Below are positions 1 to 13,300 of a stretch of 64,000 nt of DNA, piece by piece. Location of the stretch: the NCBI RefSeq assembly GCF_009914755.1, contig NC_060944.1, one strand, 5' to 3'. The notes beneath the pieces were generated by a model. The model searched no databases. It saw nothing but the letters and a program-made list of their open reading frames with translations, and was not told where the DNA came from. Position 1 is the first letter of the stretch. Each line of letters opens with the position of its first letter. The translations under genes and the position numbers were made by a program. This DNA comes from the human T2T-CHM13v2.0 reference genome, Homo sapiens.

Positions 1-651
1 TCCAAATATCCATTTGGAGATTCTACAAAAAGAGTGTTTCAAAACTGCTCTATCAAAAGAAAGTTTCTACTCCGTCAGTTGAGGACACACATCACGAGTA
101 AGTTTCTGAGAATGATTCTGTCTAGTTTTTATGGGAAGATATGTCCTTTTTCACCTTAGGCCGGAAAACGCTCCAAAAGTCCAGTTACAGACACTACAAA
201 AAGAGTGTTTCAAACCTGCTCTGTGAAAGGGAATGTTCAATTCTGTGACTTGAATGCAAACATCACAAAGAAGTTGCTGAGAATGCTGCTGTCTGCTTTT
301 TATACCTTATCCCGTTTCCAACGGAATAATCAAATCTAGCCAAATATCCACTTGCAGACTCCACAAAAAGAGTGTTTCAAAACTGTACTGTCAAAAGAAA
401 TGTTCAACTCTGTTAGTTGAGGACACACATCAGAGACTAGTTTCTGAGAATGCTTCTGTCCAGTTGTTACGGGAAGATATTTCCTTTTTCAACATAGGCC
501 TGTAACCGCTTCAAATGTCCACTTCCAGATACTGCAAAGAGAGTGTTTCAAACCTTCTCTACGAAAGGGCATGTTCTCCTCTGTGACTTGTAGGCAAATC
601 TCCCAAAGAAGCTGCTGAGAATGCTTCTGTCTGGATTTTATGTGAAGACAA

Positions 652-668
652 TCCCGTTTCCAACGAAA
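652..668 (-). promoter_or_regulatory. CENP-B box (first intact example; four box positions per HOR across the window)
   Basis: Plus-strand tcccgtttccaacgaaa is the reverse complement of TTTCGTTGGAAACGGGA. It contains all nine essential bases (nTTCGnnnnAnnCGGGn). Box positions are 310, 652, 990, 1332, 1670 and so on, one in every second monomer. Confidence 0.97.
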
Positions 669-1160
669 TCCTCAAATCTATGCAAATATCCAACTGCAGA
701 CTCTACAAACAGAGTGTTTCAAAACTGCTCTATGAAAAGAAAGTTTCAACTCTCTTAGTAGAGGGCACACAGCACAAACAAGTTGCTGAGAATGCTTCTG
801 TCTAGTTTTTATGGGAAGATATTTCCTTTTTCAACACAAGCCTGAATGCGCTCCAAAGGGACACTTCTAGATACGACAAAAGGAGTGTTTCAAACCTGTT
901 CTATGAAGGGGAACGTTCCATTCTGTGACTTGAATGCAAACGTCACCAAGAAGTTTCTCAGAACGCTGCTGTCTGCTTTTTATATGTATTCCCATTTCCA
1001 ACGAAGTCGTCAAATCCAGCCAAATATCCACTTGCAGATTCCACAAAAAGAGTGTTTCAAAACTGCTCTCTCAAAAGAAATGTTCAACTGTGTCAGTTGA
1101 GGACACACATCACAAAGAAGTTTCTGAGAATGCTTCTGTCTAGTTTTTATGGGAAGATAT

Positions 1161-1177
1161 TTCCTTTTTCACCATAG
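1161..1177 (+). promoter_or_regulatory. pJalpha-type box of A-type monomers (representative)
   Basis: ttcctttttcaccatag matches TTCCTTTTYCACCRTAG. It lies 171 bp from the flanking CENP-B box positions (990 and 1332), at the homologous monomer position. Confidence 0.85.
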
Positions 1178-1331
1178 GCCTCAAAGCACTCCACATGTCC
1201 ACTTCCAGGGAATGGAAAAAGAGTGTTTCCAACCTGCTCTATGAAAGCGAATGTTCAACTCCGTGACTTGAATGCAACCATCACAAGGAAGTTTCTGAGA
1301 ATGCTTCTGTCTAGATTTTATATGAAGATAT

Positions 1332-1348
1332 TCCCGTTTCCAACGAAA
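1332..1348 (-). promoter_or_regulatory. CENP-B box, best-conserved position class in the HOR (context gaagatattcccgtttccaacgaaa)
   Basis: Exact canonical 17-mer. It recurs at 2692, 4052 and in most later HORs. Confidence 0.96.
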
Positions 1349-4300
1349 TCCTCAAATCTATCCAAATATACATTTGGAGATTCTACAAAAAGAGTGTTTC
1401 AAAACTGCTCTATCAAAAGAAAGGTTCTACTCCGTCAGTTGAGGACACACATCACGAGTAAGTTTCCGAGAATGATTCTGTCTAGTTTTTATGGGAAGAT
1501 ATGTCATTTTTCACCTTAGGCCGGAAAGCGCTCCAAAAGTCCAGTTACAGACACTACAAAAAGAGTGTTTCAAACCTGCTCTGTGAAAGGGAATGTTCAA
1601 TTCTGTGACTTGAATGCAAACATCACAAAGAAGTTGCTGAGAATGCTGCTGTCTGCTTTTTATACCTTATCCCGTTTCCAACGGAATCCTCAAATCTAGC
1701 CAAATATCCACTTGCAGACTCCACAAAAAGAGTGTTTCAAAACTGTACTCTCCAAAGAAATGTTCAAATCTGTTAGTTGAGGACACACGTCAGAGACTAG
1801 CTTGTGAGAATGCTTCTGTCCAGTTGTTACGGGAAGATATTTCCTTTTTCAACATAGGCCTGAAACCGCTTCAAATGTCCACTTCCAGATACTCCAAAGA
1901 GAGTGTTTCAAACCTTCTCTACGAAAGGGCATGTTCTCCTCTGTGACGTCAATGCAAACATCCCAAACAAGTTTCTGAGAATGCTTCTGTCTGGATTTTA
2001 TCTGAAGACAATCCCGTTTCCAAAGAAATCCTCAAAGATATGCAAATATGCTCCTGCAGATTCTACAAAAAGTGTGTTTCAAAACTGCTCTATGAAAAGA
2101 AAGGTTTGACTCTGTTAGTAGAGGGCACACATCACAAACAAGTTGCCGAGAATGCTTCTGTCTGGTTTTTATGGGAAGATATTTCCTTTTTCAACGCAAG
2201 CCGGAATGCGCTCCAAATGGACACTTCCAGACACGACAAAAGGAGTGTTTCAAACATGTTCTATGAAAGGGAACGTTCCATTCTGTGACTTGAATGCAAA
2301 CATCACCAAGTAGTTTCTCAGAACGCTGCTGTCTGCTTTTTATATGTATTCCCGTGTGCAAGGAAATAGTCAAAGCCAGCCAAATATCCACTTGCAGGTT
2401 CCACAAAAAGAGTGTTTCAAAACTGCTCTCTCAAAAGACATGTTCAACTCTGTCAGTTGAGGACACACATCAAAAAGAAGTTTGTGAGAATGCTTCTGTC
2501 TAGTTTTTATGGGAAAATATTTCCTTTTTCACCATAGGCCTCAAAGCGCTCCAAATGTCCACTTCCAGGGAATGGAAAAAGAGTGTTTCCAACCTGCTCT
2601 ATGAAAGCGAATGTTCAACTCCGTGACTTGAATGCAACCATCACAAGGAAGTTTCCGAGAATGCTTCTGTCTAGATTTTATATGAAGATATTCCCGTTTC
2701 CAACGAAATCCTCAAAGCTATCCAAATATTCACTTGGAGATTCTTCAAAAAGAGTGTTTCAAAACTGCTCTATCAAAAGAAAGGTTCTACTCCCTTAGAT
2801 GAGGACACACATCACGAGTAAGTTTCTGACAATGCTTCTGTCTAGTTTTTATGGGAAGATATGTCCTTTTTCACCTTAGGCCGGAAAACGCTCCAAAAGT
2901 CCAGTTACAGACACTACAAAAAGAGTGTTTCAAACCTGCTCTGTGAAAGGGAATGTTCAATTCTGTGACTTGAATGCAAACATCACAAAGAAGTTGCTGA
3001 GAATGCTGCTGTCTGCTTTTTATACCTTATCCCGTTTCCAACGGAATCCTCAAATCTAGCCAAATATCCACTTGCAGACTCCACAAAAAGAGTGTTTCAA
3101 AACTGTACTCTCCAAAGAAATGTTCAAATCTGTTAGTTGAGGACACACATCAGAGACTAGCTTGTGAGAATGCTTCTGTCCAGTTGTTACGGGAAGATAT
3201 TTCCTTTTTCAACATAGGCCTGAAACCGCTTCAAATGTCCACTTCCAGATACTGCAAAGAGAGTGTTTCAAACCTTCTCTACGAAAGGGCATGTTCTCCT
3301 CTGTGACGTCAATGCAAACATCCCAAACAAGTTTCTGAGAATGCTTCTGTCTGGATTTTATCTGAAGACAATCCCGTTTCCAAAGAAATCCTCAAAGATA
3401 TGCAAATATGCTCCTGCAGATTCTACAAAAAGAGTGTTTCAAAACTGCTCTATGAAAAGAAAGTTTCGACTCTGTTAGTAGAGGGCACACATCACAAACA
3501 AGTTGCCGAGAATGCTTCTGTCTGGTTTTTATGGGAAGATATTTCCTTTTTCAACGCAAGCCGGAATGCGCTCCAAATGGACACTTCCAGATACGACAAA
3601 AGGAGTGTTTCAAACATGTTCTATGAAAGGGAACGTTCCATTCTGTGACTTGAATGCAAACATCACCAAGTAGATTCTCAGAACGCTGCTGTCTGCTTTT
3701 TATATGTATTCCCGTGTCCAAGGAAATAGTCAAAGCCAGCCAAATATCCACTTGCTGGTTCCACAAAAAGAGTGTTTCAAAACTGCTCTCTCAAAAGACA
3801 TGTTCAACTCTGTCAGTTGAGGACACACATCACAAAGAAGTTTGTGAGAATGCTTCTGTCTAGTTTTTACGGGAAGATATTTCCTTTCTCACCATAGGCC
3901 TCAAAGCGCTCCAAATGTCCACTTCCAGGGAATGGAAAAAGAGTGTTTCCAACCTGCTCTATGAAAGCGAATGTTCAACTCCGTGACTTGAATGCAACCA
4001 TCACAAGGAAGTTTCTGAGAATGCTTCTGTCTAGATTTTATATGAAGGTATTCCCGTTTCCAACGAAATCCTCAAATCTATCCAAATATCCATTTGGAGA
4101 TTCTACAAAAAGAGTTTTTCAAAACTGCTCTATCAAAAGAAAGGTTCTACTCCATCAGTTGAGGACACACATCACGAGTAAGTTTCCGAGAATGCTTCTG
4201 TCTAGTTTTTATGGGAAGATATGTCCTTTTTCACCTTAGGCCGGAAAGCGCTCCAAAAGTCCAGTTACAGACACTACAAAAAGAGTGTTTCAAACCTGCT

Positions 4301-7300
4301 CTGTGAAAGGGAATGTTCAATTCTGTGACTTGAATGCAAACATCACAAAGAAGTTGCTGAGAATGCTGCTGTCTGCTTTTTATACCTTATCCCGTTTCCA
4401 ACGAAATCCTCAAATCTAGCCAAATATCCACTTGCAGACTCCACAAAAACAGTGTTTCAAAACTGTACTGTCAAAAGAAATGTTCAACTCTGTTAGTTGA
4501 GGACACACATCAGAGACAGGCTTCTGAGAATGCTTCTGTCCAGTTGTTACGGGAAGATATTTCCTTTTTCAACATAGGCCTGAAACCCCTTCAATGTCCA
4601 CTTCCAGATACTGCAAAGAGAGTGTTTCAAACCTTCTCTACGAAAGGGCATGTTCTCCTCTGTGACGTCAATGCAAACATCACAAAGAAGTTTCTGAGAA
4701 TGCTTCTGTCTGGATTTTATCTGAAGACAATCCCGTTTCCAACGAAATCCTCAAAGATATGCAAATATGCTCCTGCAGATTCTACAAAAAGTGTGTTTCA
4801 AAACTGCTCTATGAAAAGAAAGGTTCGACTGTGTTAGTAGAGGGCACACATCACAAACCAGTTGCCGAGAATGATTCTGTCTGGTTTTTATGGGAAGATA
4901 ATTCCTTTTCCAACACAAGCCTGAATGCGCTCCAAATGGACACTTCCAGATACGACAAATGAATGTTTCAAAGCTGTTCTATGAAAGGGAACGTTCCATT
5001 GTGTGACTTGAATGCAAACATCACCAAGTAGTTTCTCAGAACGCTGCTGTCTGCTTTTTATATGTATTCCCGTGTCCAACGACATCGTCAAAGCCAGCCA
5101 AATATCCACTTGCAGGTTCCACAAAAAGAGTGTTTCAAAACTGCTCTCTCAAAAGACATGTTCAACTCTGTCAGTTGAGGACACACATCACAAAGAAGTT
5201 TGTGAGAATGCTTCTGTCTAGTTTTTATGGGAAGATATTTCCTTTTTCACCATAGGCCTCAAAGCGCTCCAAATGTCCACTTCCAGGGAATGGTAAAAGA
5301 GTGTTTCCAACCTGCTCTATGAAAGCCAATATTCAACTCCGTGACTTGAATGCAACCATCACAAGGAAGTTTCTGAGAATGCTTCTGTCTAGATTTTATA
5401 TGAAGATATTCCCGTTTCCAACGAAATCCTCAAAGCTATCCAAATATCCACTTGGAGATTCTACAAAAAGAGTGTTTCAAAACTACTCTATCAAAAGAAA
5501 GGTTCTACTCCGTCAGTTGAGTACACACATCACGAGTAAATTTCTGAGAATGCTTCTGTGTAGTTTTCATGGGAAGATATGTCCTTTTTCACCTTAGGCC
5601 GGAAAGCGCTCTAAAAGTCCAGTTACAGACACTACAAAAAGAGTGTTTCAAACCTTCTCTGTGAAAGGGAATGTTCAATTCTGTGACTTGAATGCAAACA
5701 TCACAAAGAAGTTGCTGAGAATGCTGCTGTCTGCTATTTATACCTTATCCCGTTTCCAACGAAATCCTCAAATCTAGCCAAATATCCACTTGCAGACTCC
5801 ACAAAAACAGTGTTTCAAAACTGTACTGTCAAAAGAAATGTTCAACTCTGTTAGTTGAGGACAGACATCAGAGACTAGCTTCTGAGAATGCTTCTGTCCA
5901 GTTGTTACGGGAAGATATTTCCTTTTTCAACATAGGCCTGAAACCGCTTCGAATGTCCACTTCCAGATACTGCAAAGAGAGTGTTTCAAACCTTCTCTAT
6001 GAAAGGGCATGTTCTCCTCTGTGACGCCAATGCAAACATCCCAAAGAAGTTTCTGAGAATGCTTCTGTCTGGATTTTATCTGAAGACAATCCCGTTTCCA
6101 ACGAAATCCTCAAAGATATGCAAATATGCTCCTGCAGATTCTACAAAAAGAGTGTTTCAAAACTACTCTATGAAAAGAAAGGTTCGACTCTGTTAGTAGA
6201 AGGCACACATCACAAACAAGTTGCCGAGAATGATTCTGTCTGGTTTTTATGGGAAGATATTTCCTTTTCCAACACAAGCCTGAATGCGCTCCAAATGGAC
6301 ACTTCCAGATACGACAAAAGGAGTGTTTCAAAGCTGTTCTATGAAAGGGAACGTTCCATTCAGTGACTTGAATGCAAACATCACCAAATAGTTTCTCAGA
6401 ACGCTGCTGTCTGCTTTTTATATGTATTCCCGTTTCCAACGAAATCGTCAAAGCCAGCCAAATATCCACTTGCAGGTTCCACAAAAAGAGTGTTTCAAAA
6501 CTGCTCTCTCAAAAGACATGTTCAACTCTGTCAGTTGAGGACACACATCACAAAGAAGTTTGTGAGAATGCTTCTGTCTAGTTTTTATGGGAAGATATTT
6601 CCTTTTTCACCATAGACCTCAAAGCGCTCCAAATGTCCACTTCCAGGGAATGGAAAAAGAGTGTTTCCAACCTGCTCTATGAAAGCGAATGTTCAACTCC
6701 GTGACTTGAATGCAACCATCACAAGGAAGTTTCTGAGAATGCTTCTGTCTAGATTTTATATGAAGATATTCCCGTTTCCAACGAAATCCTCAAAGGTATC
6801 CAAATATCCACTTGGAGATTCTACAAAAAGAGTGTTTCAAAACTGCTCTATCAAAAGAAAGGTTCTACTCTGTCAGTTGAGGACACATATCACCAGTAAG
6901 TTTCTGAGAATGCTTCTGTCTAGTTTTTATGGGAAGATATGTCCTTTTTCAACTTAGGCCGGAAAGCGCTCCAAAAGTCCAGTTACAGACACTACAAAAA
7001 GAGTGTTTCAAACCTGCTCTGTGAAAGGGAATGTTCAATTCTGTGACTTGAATGCAAACATCACAAAGAAGTTGCTGAGAATGCTGCTGTCTGCTTTTTA
7101 TACCTTATCCCGTTTCCAACGAAATCCTCAAATCTAGCCAAATATCCAATTGCAGACTCCACAAAAACAGTGTTTCAAAACTGTACTGTCAAAAGAAATG
7201 TTCAACTCTGTTAGTTGAGGACACCCATCAGAGACTAGCTTCTGAGAATGCTTCTGTCCAGTTGTTACGGGAACATATTTCCTTTTTCAACATAGGCCTG

Positions 7301-10300
7301 AAACTGCTTCAAATGTCCAGTTCCAGATACTGCAAAGAGAGTGTTTCAAACCTTCTCTACGAAAGGGCATGTTCTCCTCTGTGACATCAATGCAAACATC
7401 CCAAAGAAGTTTCTGAGAATGCTTCTCTCTGGATTTTATCTGAAGACAATCCCGTTTCCAACGAAATCCTCAAAGATATGCAAATATGCTCCTGCAGATT
7501 CTACAAAAAGAGTGTTTCAAAACTGCTCTATGAAAAGAAAGGTTCGACTCTGTTAGTAGAGGGCACACAACACAAACAAGTTGCCGAGAATGATTCTGTC
7601 TGGTTTTTATGGGAAGATATTTCCTTTTCCAACACAAGCCTGAATGCGCTCCAAATGGACACTTCCAGATACGACAAAAGGAGTGTTTCAAAGCTGTTCT
7701 ATGAAAGGGAACGTTCCATTGTGTGACTTGAATGCAAACATCACCAAGTAGATTCTCAGAACGCTGCTGTCTTCTTTTTAGATGTATTCCCGTTTCCAAC
7801 AAAATTGTCAAAGCCAGTCAAATATCCACTTGCAGGTTCCACAAAAAGTGTTTCAAAACTGCTCTCTCAAAAGACATGTTCAACTCTGTCAGTTGAGGAC
7901 ACACATCACAAAGAAATTTGTGACAATGCTTCTGTCTAGTTTTTATGGGAAGATATTTCCTTTTTCACCATAGGCCTCAAAGCGCTCCAAATGTCCACTT
8001 CCAGGGAATGGAAAAAGAGTGTTTCCAACCTGCTCTATGAAAGCGAATGTTCAACTCCGTGACTTGAATGCAACCATCACAAGGAAGTTTCTGAGAATGC
8101 TTCTGTCTAGATTGTATATGAAGATATTCCCGTTTCCAATGAAATCCTCAAAGCTATCCAAATATCCACTTGGAGATTCTACAAAAAGAGTGTTTCAAAA
8201 CTGCTCCATCAAAAGAAAGGTTCTACTCCGTCAGTTGAGGACACACATCACTAGTAAGTTTCTGAGAATGCTTCTGTCTAGTTTTTATGGGAAGACATGT
8301 CCTTTTTCACCTTAGGCCGGAAAGCGCTCCAAAAGTCCAGTTACAGACACTACAAAAAGAGTGTTTCAAACCTGCTCTGTGAAAGGGAATGTTCCATTCT
8401 GTGACTTGAATGCAAACATCACAAAGAAGTTGCTGAGAATGCTGCTGTCTGCTTTTTATACCTTATCCCGTTTCCAACGAAATCCTCAAATCTAGCCAAA
8501 TATCCACTTGCAGACTCCACAAAAAGAGTGTTTCAAAACTGTACTGTCAAAAGAAATGTTCAACTCTGTTAGTTGAGGACACACATCAGAGACCAGCTTC
8601 TGAGAATGCTTCTGTCCAGTTGTTACGGGAAGATATTTCCTTTTTCAACATAGGCCTGAAACCGCTTCAAATGTCCACTTCCAGATACTGCAAAGAGAGT
8701 GTTTCAAACCTTCTCTACGAAAGGGCATGTTCTACTCTGTGACGTCAATGCAAACATCCCAAAGAAGTTTCTGAGAATGCTTCTGTCTGGATTTTATCTG
8801 AAGACAATCCCGTTTCCAACGAAATCCTCAAAGATATGCAAATATGCTCCTGCAGATTCTACAAAAAGAGTGTTTCAAAACTGCTCTATGAAAAGAAAGG
8901 TTCGACTCTGTTAGTAGAGGGCACACAACACAAACAAGTTGCCGAGAATGATTCTGTCTGGTTTTTATGGGAAGATATTTCCTTTTCCAACACAAGCCTG
9001 AATGCGCTCCAAATGGACACTTCCAGATACGACAAAAGGAGTGTTTCAAAGCTGTTCTATGAAAGGGAACGTTCCATTGTGTGACTTGAATGCAAACATC
9101 ACCAAGTAGTTTCTCAGAACGCTGCTGTCTGCTTTTTATATGTATTCCCGTGTCCAATGAAATCGTCAAAGCCAGCCAAATATCCACTTGCAGGTTCCAC
9201 AAAAAGAGTGTTTCAAAACTGCTCTCTCAAAAGACATGTTCAACTCTGTCAGTTGAGGACACACATCACAAAGAAGTTTCTGAGAATGCTTCTGTCTAGT
9301 TTTTATGGGAAGATATTTCCTTTTTCACCATAGGCCTCAAAGCGCTCCAAATGTCCACTTCCAGGGAATGGAAAAAGAGTGTTTCCAACCTGCTCTATGA
9401 AAGCGAATGTTCAACTCCGTGACTTGAATGCAACCATCACAAGGAAGTTTCCGAGAATGCTTCTGTCTAGATTTTATATGAAGATATTCCCGTTTCCAAC
9501 GAAATCCTCAAAGCTATCCAAATATCCACTTGGAGATTCTACAAAAGGAGTGTTTCAAAACTGCTCTATCAAAAGAAAGGTTCTACTCCATCAGTTGAGG
9601 ACACACATCACGAGTAAGTTTCTGAGAATGCTTCTGTCTAGTTTTTATGGGAAGATATGTCCTTTTTCACCTTAGGCCAGAAAGCGCTCCAAAAGTCCAG
9701 TTACAGACACTACAAAAAGAGTGTTTCAAACCTTCTCTGTGAAAGGGAATGTTCCATTCTGTGACTTGAATGCAAACATCACAAAGAAGTTGCTGAGAAT
9801 GCTGCTGTCTGCTTTTTATACCTTATCCCGTTTCCAACGAAATCCTCAAATCTAGCCAAATATCCACTTGCAGACTCCACAAAAACAGTGTTTCAAAACT
9901 GTACTGTCAAAAGAAATGTTCAACTCTGTTAGTTGAGGACACACATCAGAGACTAGCTTCTGAGAATGCTTCTGTCCAGTTGTTACGGGAAGATATTTCC
10001 TTTTTCAACATAGGCCTGAAACCGCTTCAAATGTCCACTTCCAGATACTGCAAAGAGAGTGTTTCAAACCTTCTCTACGAAAGGGCATGTTCTCCTCTGT
10101 GACGTCAATGCAAACATCCCAAAGAAGTTTCTGAGAATGCTTCTGTCTGGATTTTATCTGAAGACAATCCCGTTTCCAACGAAATCCTCAAAGATATGCA
10201 AATATGCTCCTGCAGATTCTACAAAAAGAGTGTTTCAAAACTGCTCTATGAAAAGAAAGGTTCGACTCTGTTAGTAGAGGGCACACAACACAAACAAGTT

Positions 10301-13300
10301 GCCGAGAATGATTCTGTCTGGTTTTTATGGGAAGATATTTCCTTTTCCAACACAAGCCTGAATGCGCTCCAAATGGACACTTCCAGATACGACAAAAGGA
10401 GTGTTTCAAAGCTGTTCTATGAAAGGGAACGTTCCATTGTGTGACTTGAATGCAAACATCACCAAGTAGTTTCTCAGAACGCTGCTGTCTGCTTTTTATA
10501 TGTATTCCCGTGTCCAACGAAATCGTCAAAGCCAGCCAAATATACACTTGCAGGTTCCACAAAAAGAGTGTTTCAAAACTGCTCTCTCAAAAGACATGTT
10601 CAACTCTGTCAGTTGAGGACACACATCACAAAGAAGTTTCTGAGAATGCTTCTGTCTAGTTTTTATGGGAAGATATTTCCTTTTTCACCATAGGCCTCAA
10701 AGCGCTCCAAATGTCCACTTCCAGGGAATGGAAAAAGAGTGTTTCCAACCTGCTCTATGAAAGCGAATGTTCAACTCCGTGACTTGAATGTAACCATCAC
10801 AAGGAAGTTTCTGAGAATGCTTCCGTCTAGATTTTATATGAAGATATTCCCGTTTCCAACGAAATCCTCAAAGCTATCCAAATATCCACTTGGAGATTCT
10901 ACAAAAAGAGTGTTTCAAAACTGCTCTACCAAAAGAAAGGTTCTACTCCATCAGTTGAGGACACACATCACGAGTAAGTTTCTGAGAATTCTTCTGTATA
11001 GTTTTTATGGGAAGATATGTCCTTTTTCACCTTAGGCCGGACAGCGCTCCAAAAGTCCAGTTACAGACACTACAAAAAGAGTGTTTCAAACCTGCTCTGT
11101 GAAAGGGAATGTTCCATTCTGTGACTTGAATGCAAACATCACAAAGAAGTTGCTGAGAATGCTGCTGTCTGCTTTTTATACCTTATCCCTTTTCCAACGA
11201 AATCCTGAAATCTAGCCTAATATCCACTTGCAGACTCCACAAAAACAGTGTTTCAAAACTGTACTGTCAAAAGAAATGTTCAACTCTGTTAGTTGAGCAC
11301 ACACATCAGAGACTAGCTTCTGAGAATGCTTCTGTCCAGTTGTTACGGGAAGATATTTCCTTTTTCAACATAGGCCGGAAACCGCTTCAAATGTCCACTT
11401 CCAGATACTGCAAAGAGAGTGTTTCAAACCTTCTCTAAGAAAGGGCATGTTCTCCTCTGTGACGTCAATGCAAACATCCCAAAGAAGTTTCTGAGAATGC
11501 TTCTGTCTGGATTTTATCTGAAGACAATCCCGTTTCCAACGAAATCCTCAAAGATATGCAAATATGCTCCTGCAGATTCTACAAAAAGAGTGTTTCAAAA
11601 CTGCTCTATGAAAAGAAAGGTTCGACTCTGTTAGTAGAGGGCACACAACACAAACAAGTTGCCGAGAATGATTCTGTCTGGTTTTTATGGGAAGATATTT
11701 CCTTTTCCAACACAAGCCTGAATGCGCTCCAAATGGACACTTCCAGATACGACAAAAGGAGTGTTTCAAAGCTGTTCTATGAAAGGGAACGTTCCATTGT
11801 GTGACTTGATTGCAAACATCACCAAGTAGTTTCTCAGAACGCTGCTGTCTGCTTTTTATATGTATTCCCGTGTCCAACGAAATCGTCAAAGCCAGCCAAA
11901 TATCCACTTGCAGGTTCCACAAAAAGAGTGTTTCAAAACTGCTCTCTCAAAAGACATGTTCAACTCTGTCAGTTGAGGACACACATCACAAAGAAGTTTC
12001 TGAGAATGCTTCTGTCTAGTTTTTATGGGAAGATATTTCCTTTTTCACCATAGGCCTCAAAGCGCTCCAAATGTCCACTTCCAGGGAATGGAAAAAGAGT
12101 GTTTCCAACCTGCTCTATGAAAGCGAATGTTCAACTCCGTGACTTGAATGCAACCATCACAAGGAAGTTTCTGAGAATGCTTCTGTCTAGATTTTATATG
12201 AAGATATTCCCGTTTCCAACGAAATCCTCAAAGCTATCCAAATATCCACTTGGAGATTCTACAAAAAGAGTGTTTCAAAACTGCTCTATCAAAAGAAAGG
12301 TTCTACTCCATCAGTTGAGGACACACATCACGAGTAAGTTTCTGAGAATGCTTCTGTCTAGTTTTTATGGGAAGATATGTCCTTTTTCACCTTAGGCCGG
12401 AAAGCGCTCCAAAAGTCCAGTTACAGACACTACAAAAAGAGTGTTTCAAACCTGCTCTGTGAAAGGGAATGTTCCATTCTGTGACTTGAATGCAAACATC
12501 ACAAAGAAGTTGCTGAGAATGCTGCTGTCTGCTTTTTATACCTTATCCCGTTTCCAACGAAATCCTCAAATCTAGCCAAATATCCACTTGCAGACTCCAC
12601 AAAAAGAGTGTTTCAAAACTGTACTGTCAAAAGAAATGTTCAACTCTGTTAGTTGAGGACACACATCAGAGACTAGCTTCTGAGAATGCTTCTGTCCAGT
12701 TGTTACGGGAAGATATTTCCTTTTTCAACATAGGCCTGAAACCGCTTGAAATGTCCACTTCCAGATACTGCAAAGAGAGTGTTTCAAACCTTCTCTACGA
12801 AAGGGCATGTTCTCCTCTGTGACGTCAATGCAAACATCCCAAAGAAGTTTCTGAGAATGCTTCCGTCTGGATTTTATCTGAAGACAATCCCGTTTCCAAC
12901 GAAATCCTCAAAGATATGCAAATATGCTCCTGCAGATTCTACAAAAAGTGTGTTTCAAAACTGCTCTATGAAAAGAAAGGTTCGACTCTGTTAGTAGAGG
13001 GCACACAACACAAACAAGTTGCCGAGAATGATTCTGTCTGGTTTTTATGGGAAGATATTTCCTTTTCCAACACAAGCCTGAATGCGCTCCAAATGGACAC
13101 TTCCAGATATGACAAAAGGAGTGTTTCAAAGCTGTTCTATGAAAGGGAACGTTCCATTGTGTGACTTGAATGCAAACATCACCAAGTAGTTTCTCAGAAC
13201 GCTGCTGTCTGCTTTTTATATGTATTCCCGTGTCCAACGAAATCGTCAAAGCCAGCCAAATATCCACTTGCAGGTTCCACAAAAAGAGTGTTTCTAAACT

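Larger units (their letters stand above)
1..1200 (-). repeat. Divergent HOR copy at the left end of the window
   Basis: Many private states at 585-1095 (ttgtaggcaaatc, gctgctgaga, caactgcagactctacaaac, agcacaaaca, ctccaaaggg, cttgcagatt, aaaagaaatg) compared with downstream copies. Confidence 0.85.

Noticed and set aside
910-919. Palindrome GGAACGTTCC (two nGAAn units) and ubiquitous TTCTGAGAA (STAT/GAS-like) motifs
   Set aside because: The palindrome has only two HSE units and is too short for a stable cruciform. TTCTGAGAA is a generic part of alpha-satellite monomers.
9361-10720. Apparent CpG richness (about 25 CpG counted by eye in this HOR)
   Set aside because: About 3 per monomer, with 8 in CENP-B boxes. 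This is not clearly unusual for box-rich HORs and is not a CpG island.
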